64,000 bases of DNA from the human T2T-CHM13v2.0 reference genome, Homo sapiens: assembly GCF_009914755.1 (NCBI RefSeq), contig NC_060927.1; one strand, given 5' to 3'. Below are positions 58,671 to 64,000 of this stretch, piece after piece (position 1 is the first letter of the stretch; each line of letters starts with the position of its first letter). The position numbers and the translations under genes are program-made. The notes under the pieces are model-generated. The model was not told where the DNA came from. It worked only from the letters and a program-made list of their open reading frames with translations, and made no database searches.

Positions 58671-60114
58671 AATCTTACCGCATGTGGCCATCATGTAATA
58701 TGTTTAATACCAGAACGTTACTAAGTGTATGTTTGTGTGTATATGTGTGTTTGTGGGTGTGTATGTGTGTATGGGTGTTTGTATAATACATAATGCATAT
58801 GAGATTTGTTCTCTCTTGGTTTGTTTGTTAAAAGTGATTGTGAATATGTTGTAATAGTATTTTATCAACTCACTTTTGTCAATTAAAGTTTCATAGAGAT
58901 CATCTATATTAGCACATTTCTTAAAAACTAACTCATTCTTTCCAAATAATTTTATATTGCACATATTTAATAATCTAATGATTTCTTATCTGTCAATGTT
59001 TTAGGGTATTTAAAATTTTTCACTATTACCAAATGCTTCAATATCAATTTATATGTAGGTATGCACCAACATATCCATCTTTGCACTCATGTCAGTATTA
59101 TTGTAACAGGAATTTCGAGATTTTAGGTGGTCAAAGTTTATTGGATTAAAGTAGCTGGATGTAACAGATAATGCCAAAATGCTCTCCAAAATGTTATTTA
59201 CATGCTTTCTACTATCTGTGCCTATTTTCATACATTTGGGCTTAATTTTACTTTTTCATTTAATTGTGAGTTCAACGTTTTCTCTTCACTTTCTAACACA
59301 TTTTAAAATATCCAACGCAAACTTTCCTGTAAAATTGTCTCTTCGTTTTGTCCTCATTGACTTTGGTATAATTTTATTAAGGATTTATCTGCTCTAATAT
59401 TATATATATATTTTCACCCTAGCTCTCTTTGGTCTTTCAAATTTTATTATTGTATCATTTACTTTATATGACTTTTGTTTTTCCTTTCTCCACAAAGAAA
59501 AATCTATCAAAATTTAGCCTTATATTTTCTGAGTTTCATATATTGTTTAAGATTTTTCCAATTTTAAGATTATCAAACTATGCTCTCATATACCTGGAAC
59601 AAAAAAGCATCTTAAAATTTTGTTTCACTCTTTCTTACTGAAACAACCAAATAGACAAAAAGTACAATATGCAGAGTAAAAGTGCCATTTTCAATGACAT
59701 TAGAAAATATTTACTCCTTCTGACTACAAACTGTAATGGAAAATTTTCAAATACAGTAAATGTGGGACCAATTTAAAGGAAGAGATAAAGAACAGGCATA
59801 TTATGTGGATTGCATGGAGCACATTCAGAAGTACGTACTATAGTTTTGTTGCCCAACTCATGATGTTTTAATTGAAACAGCAGGGTCTGGAAAGCATACA
59901 CGGGTGTGAAAATCCCAAGGGCCACATTCTACATTGATGATTGGTGGAGGCAAGGCACTATAAGCTAAACTGCTCTGACAAGCAATTTTTGCAAAATAGC
60001 AGAATTGTGACAGTGTAGAGGGAAAACAATGGATTCGATTGGCTTTGCTGTTACTAATGACAATCAACTCAAGAGAAATACATAATCACATTTTGAAAAA
60101 ACTGACATATGGGC

Positions 60115-61006
<892 letters not shown>

Positions 61007-61759
61007 TGGGCCTTACAAGAAGAGAAGACTCCTATTTACCTAAAAGGTGGGAATATTGAATACTGAAACATGAAACAAAGACAAAGACATTGATAGGATT
61101 GTGAGAGAAGAGATGGCCAGGATAAGCAGCTCCCATTAAAAGATGAGAAGTAATCTTAAATGAAAAAACATGGCATTAATTCATATTGAATCTAAAGATA
61201 CAATAAAATTAAGTAAAAAAATCATAATATTAGATTGGAATAATTAAGCTTCCATGTGGAAAAATTAAAATAAAAGACACAAAACAAAAAAGACCCTTTC
61301 TGAAAAAATAGCTCAGAAAATAGATACAAAGAAAACTGATGTAAGAGCTTCATGGCTTGAGTACTTTCTTTTGAGTAGTCCCTAGAAGAATTTATGTAGG
61401 ATCAAAATGATCAGTTCTGTGAACATTCAGTGAAACTATGTGAACATTGTATGTGATGTTGCATAAGGATTTTAAACCATTTTTTCATTCTACTTTTATG
61501 TCAGTTCCATAAATTAAATTATAGTTCTTTTTTCTATTTTACTGATATATTAAAATTTATTACAAAAATATTTTTGTGTTTTTTAAAAAAGATTGTAAAG
61601 GTATAAATGTCATAAACTACACATTTTTAAAGAATAAAATGTGCTAATTTTATCAAACGGTCATTCAATTTTTTTCTTATGTCAATTTGATAAGTTAATT
61701 TCTTAGTTTTTTTAATTTCACTGATATTTTAAAATTTATTCCAAAAAATTTGATGTTTT

Positions 61760-62630
61760 TTAAGAAAACAGATTTTAAGGTATAATTGACACATAATAAA
61801 CTGCACATTTTTAAAGCATAAAATTTGATAATTTTTGACATATGTATAAGTAAATAAGACCATCACCACAGTCAAGATAATGAATACATCCATCACCTCA
61901 AAAGATTCCTTAGGCCCCTTAGTAACAGTTTTTTTTTTCTGTAGCACCAAGTAGTAACCCTTTCCCAAGCAACTACCAACCTGCTGTCTGACATTAGAGA
62001 TCATTTTAATTTTCTAAAATTTTATATAAATAGAATAATGTATAATCTTTCTTTGTCAGTGACCTTTACACCAGCACAATCATCCCTATTGTACTATGTA
62101 TCAATAGTCCATTCCTTTGATTTGTTTCTTTGTTTGGTTGGATATAGTACAATTTGTTAACCCAGTAAACTTTTACAGACATTTGTTTTGTTTCAGTTTA
62201 GGGGTGTTTACAAACAAAACTGCTATGCATGCATCTTTGTATGTCTATAAGCTTTCATTTCTTTTAGGTAAATATTTAGAAGTGGAAGAGCAGTATCAAA
62301 TGATAGGCATATGTTTAACTTTTTAAAAAACTTTCAAACTGTTTTCCAAAATGTATCATTTACAGTCTTGAAGCAGAGCATGAGAATGTCAGCTCCGTTC
62401 TATCCTTTTCAATATTTTGTAAGTTCAGTTTAATTTTAAACATTCTAACAACTATATAGGGGTAATTTGTTGTGGTTTTAGTTTGCATCTCCCTAAAGGC
62501 TAATGTCAAGCATATTTCATGTGCTTATTTGTCCTCCTGCCCATTTTTGATTGCATTGCTTAATAAGGATTGAGTTTGGAGAGTCCTGTATCTATTATGG
62601 GTAACGTCCTTCACCAGGTGTATGTTCTCT
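61760..62630 (-). mobile_element. L1MC-type 3' fragment
   Basis: aggtataattgacacataataaactgcacatttttaaag, catcaccacagtcaagataatgaatacatccatcacc and ttttagtttgcatctccctaa. Confidence 0.8.
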
Positions 62631-62769
62631 GAAAATGGTGGTTGTAAGCATTGACCTGCTAGGTGGCTAATTAAGGGATTGGCTTGGGAGCTTGCCTCTG
62701 TTTTGCCCACCTCAGTGCTTTCTCATGGATGGGGTGGGCTCCCAGGTGGCAGTAGTGAAAATATTTAAA

Positions 62770-64000
62770 GAAAAATATCCCGTACTAGTTGTAGCCACCT
62801 GAGGCAAGCAACAAGCAAACCAAATATCTGCAAGCAAAACTCTGGGAAAGGAGATTCATAAGAGAACAAAGGCTTTGAGAAACTGCACCTATACCAGGAA
62901 ATCTAGAAGGCAACGTGAATGCCATGGGCTGGACACACGCTCAGAGAGATCTGAGAACACCCTAAGCTTTCATTTTGGGCTGACCTTTCAGTTCTGTGCA
63001 AGCAGGAGGCAAAGGCTAAAGAAGAGTTCAAGTGGCCTGAATAAGCATTGAAAGGGTGCCCCAATACAGAGCCAGTCTGCAAAAGGTGTGTGCAGACATT
63101 TAAAGAAATCTCCGCCAAATCACTAGCTGACCACTAGGCTCAAAGAACAAAGATGTCAGTGGCCACGGAGAGACCAAACAAAAGATACAGTCTTTACAAA
63201 ACTGATTTAGAAAAGTCACTAAAGAAATAAACACCTTTCTCTCATAGCTCCTTAAGTAGCTTAATAATCAGCCTTCTGAATTCTTTATCTGGCAATTCAG
63301 AGATTTATTCTTGGCTTGGATCCATTGCTTGGGAGCTAGTGTGATGTTTTGAGGATGTTACGGAACCCTCATTTATCATATTACCAGAATTACTTTTCTG
63401 GTTCCTTCTCATTTGAGTAGAATATTTGTTCATTTTGTTCTTTATTTTTGATTCAACTGGATTTTTTGTCTTTTAATTTGTTTTTTCCCCCCTTGAAGAT
63501 GTAACTTTAATGTTTCTGTGGAGAAATCAGCTGTGAATATGACTGGTTTTCTTTTATAGGTTACTTGATGCTTTTGTCTCACAGATCTTAAGATTGTTTT
63601 CTTTGTCTTGACTGTAGATAACCTGATGAATATGTGCCTAGGTGATGATATTTTTGCAATGACTTTCCCAGGAGTTCTTTGAGCTTCTTGTATTTAAATG
63701 TCTAGATCTCTAGATGAGAGAATTTGAAAACATAATTTGAAGACATACTATCGAAATGAAACACAGAATGCCAAATGACTTAAAAACTGAACAGGTGATT
63801 AGTGAACAGTTGGAAAAACTTCAAGCAGTAAAGTATAAGTGTAATTCAAGTCTCCAAAGGGCAGTGGGTCAGAAAATATTTAAAGAAAAAAATATTTAAA
63901 AACTAATGGCCAAAAGTTTTTAAAATCTGGTAAAATCTGTAAAATCACAGATTCAGTAAGTTTAATAATCCCAAGCTTCTAAATAAACATGAGGAAAATG
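62770..64000. mobile_element. Patchwork of L1 5'/ORF1 fragments (old L1M sense pieces plus antisense L1PB-like ORF1 pieces at about 63245-63712)
   Basis: Antisense ORF1 motifs ggatccattgc...atattaccagaatt and ttataggttacttgatgcttttg...gtctagatctctag. A-rich sense ORF1-like sequence follows 63713. Confidence 0.6.

Overview
AT-rich, repeat-dense primate (human-like) genomic DNA. I found no recognisable protein-coding exon, CpG island, RNA gene or CRISPR array. Nearly every ORF in the supplied track is either chance or a translation of a repeat. The dominant feature is a complete two-LTR HERV-H (LTR7) provirus on the minus strand (35591-41319) with a 5-bp TSD (CTTGT), a tRNA-His PBS, a PPT, and decayed gag and pol of the common deleted non-autonomous type. 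Its two LTRs have diverged asymmetrically. The 5' LTR keeps the TATA box, start-site region and SOX-like motif but has lost the poly(A) hexamer. The 3' LTR keeps the hexamer but has lost the start-site region. Strong candidate minus-strand exons lie downstream (29330-29395 and 10167-10267), which suggests, without proving, an HERV-H-driven spliced lncRNA. Other content: 17 Alu-family elements (some nested or tandem), L1/L2/MIR fragments, MaLR and MLT2A solo LTRs (some with DUX4-type motifs), MER5 and MER47 DNA transposons, a 33-bp x6 VNTR, a (TAGA)13 STR and an apparent poly(A)-only retro-insertion with a perfect TSD. Repeat subfamily names come from recalled consensus sequences, not from a database search, and the boundaries of old repeats are approximate.
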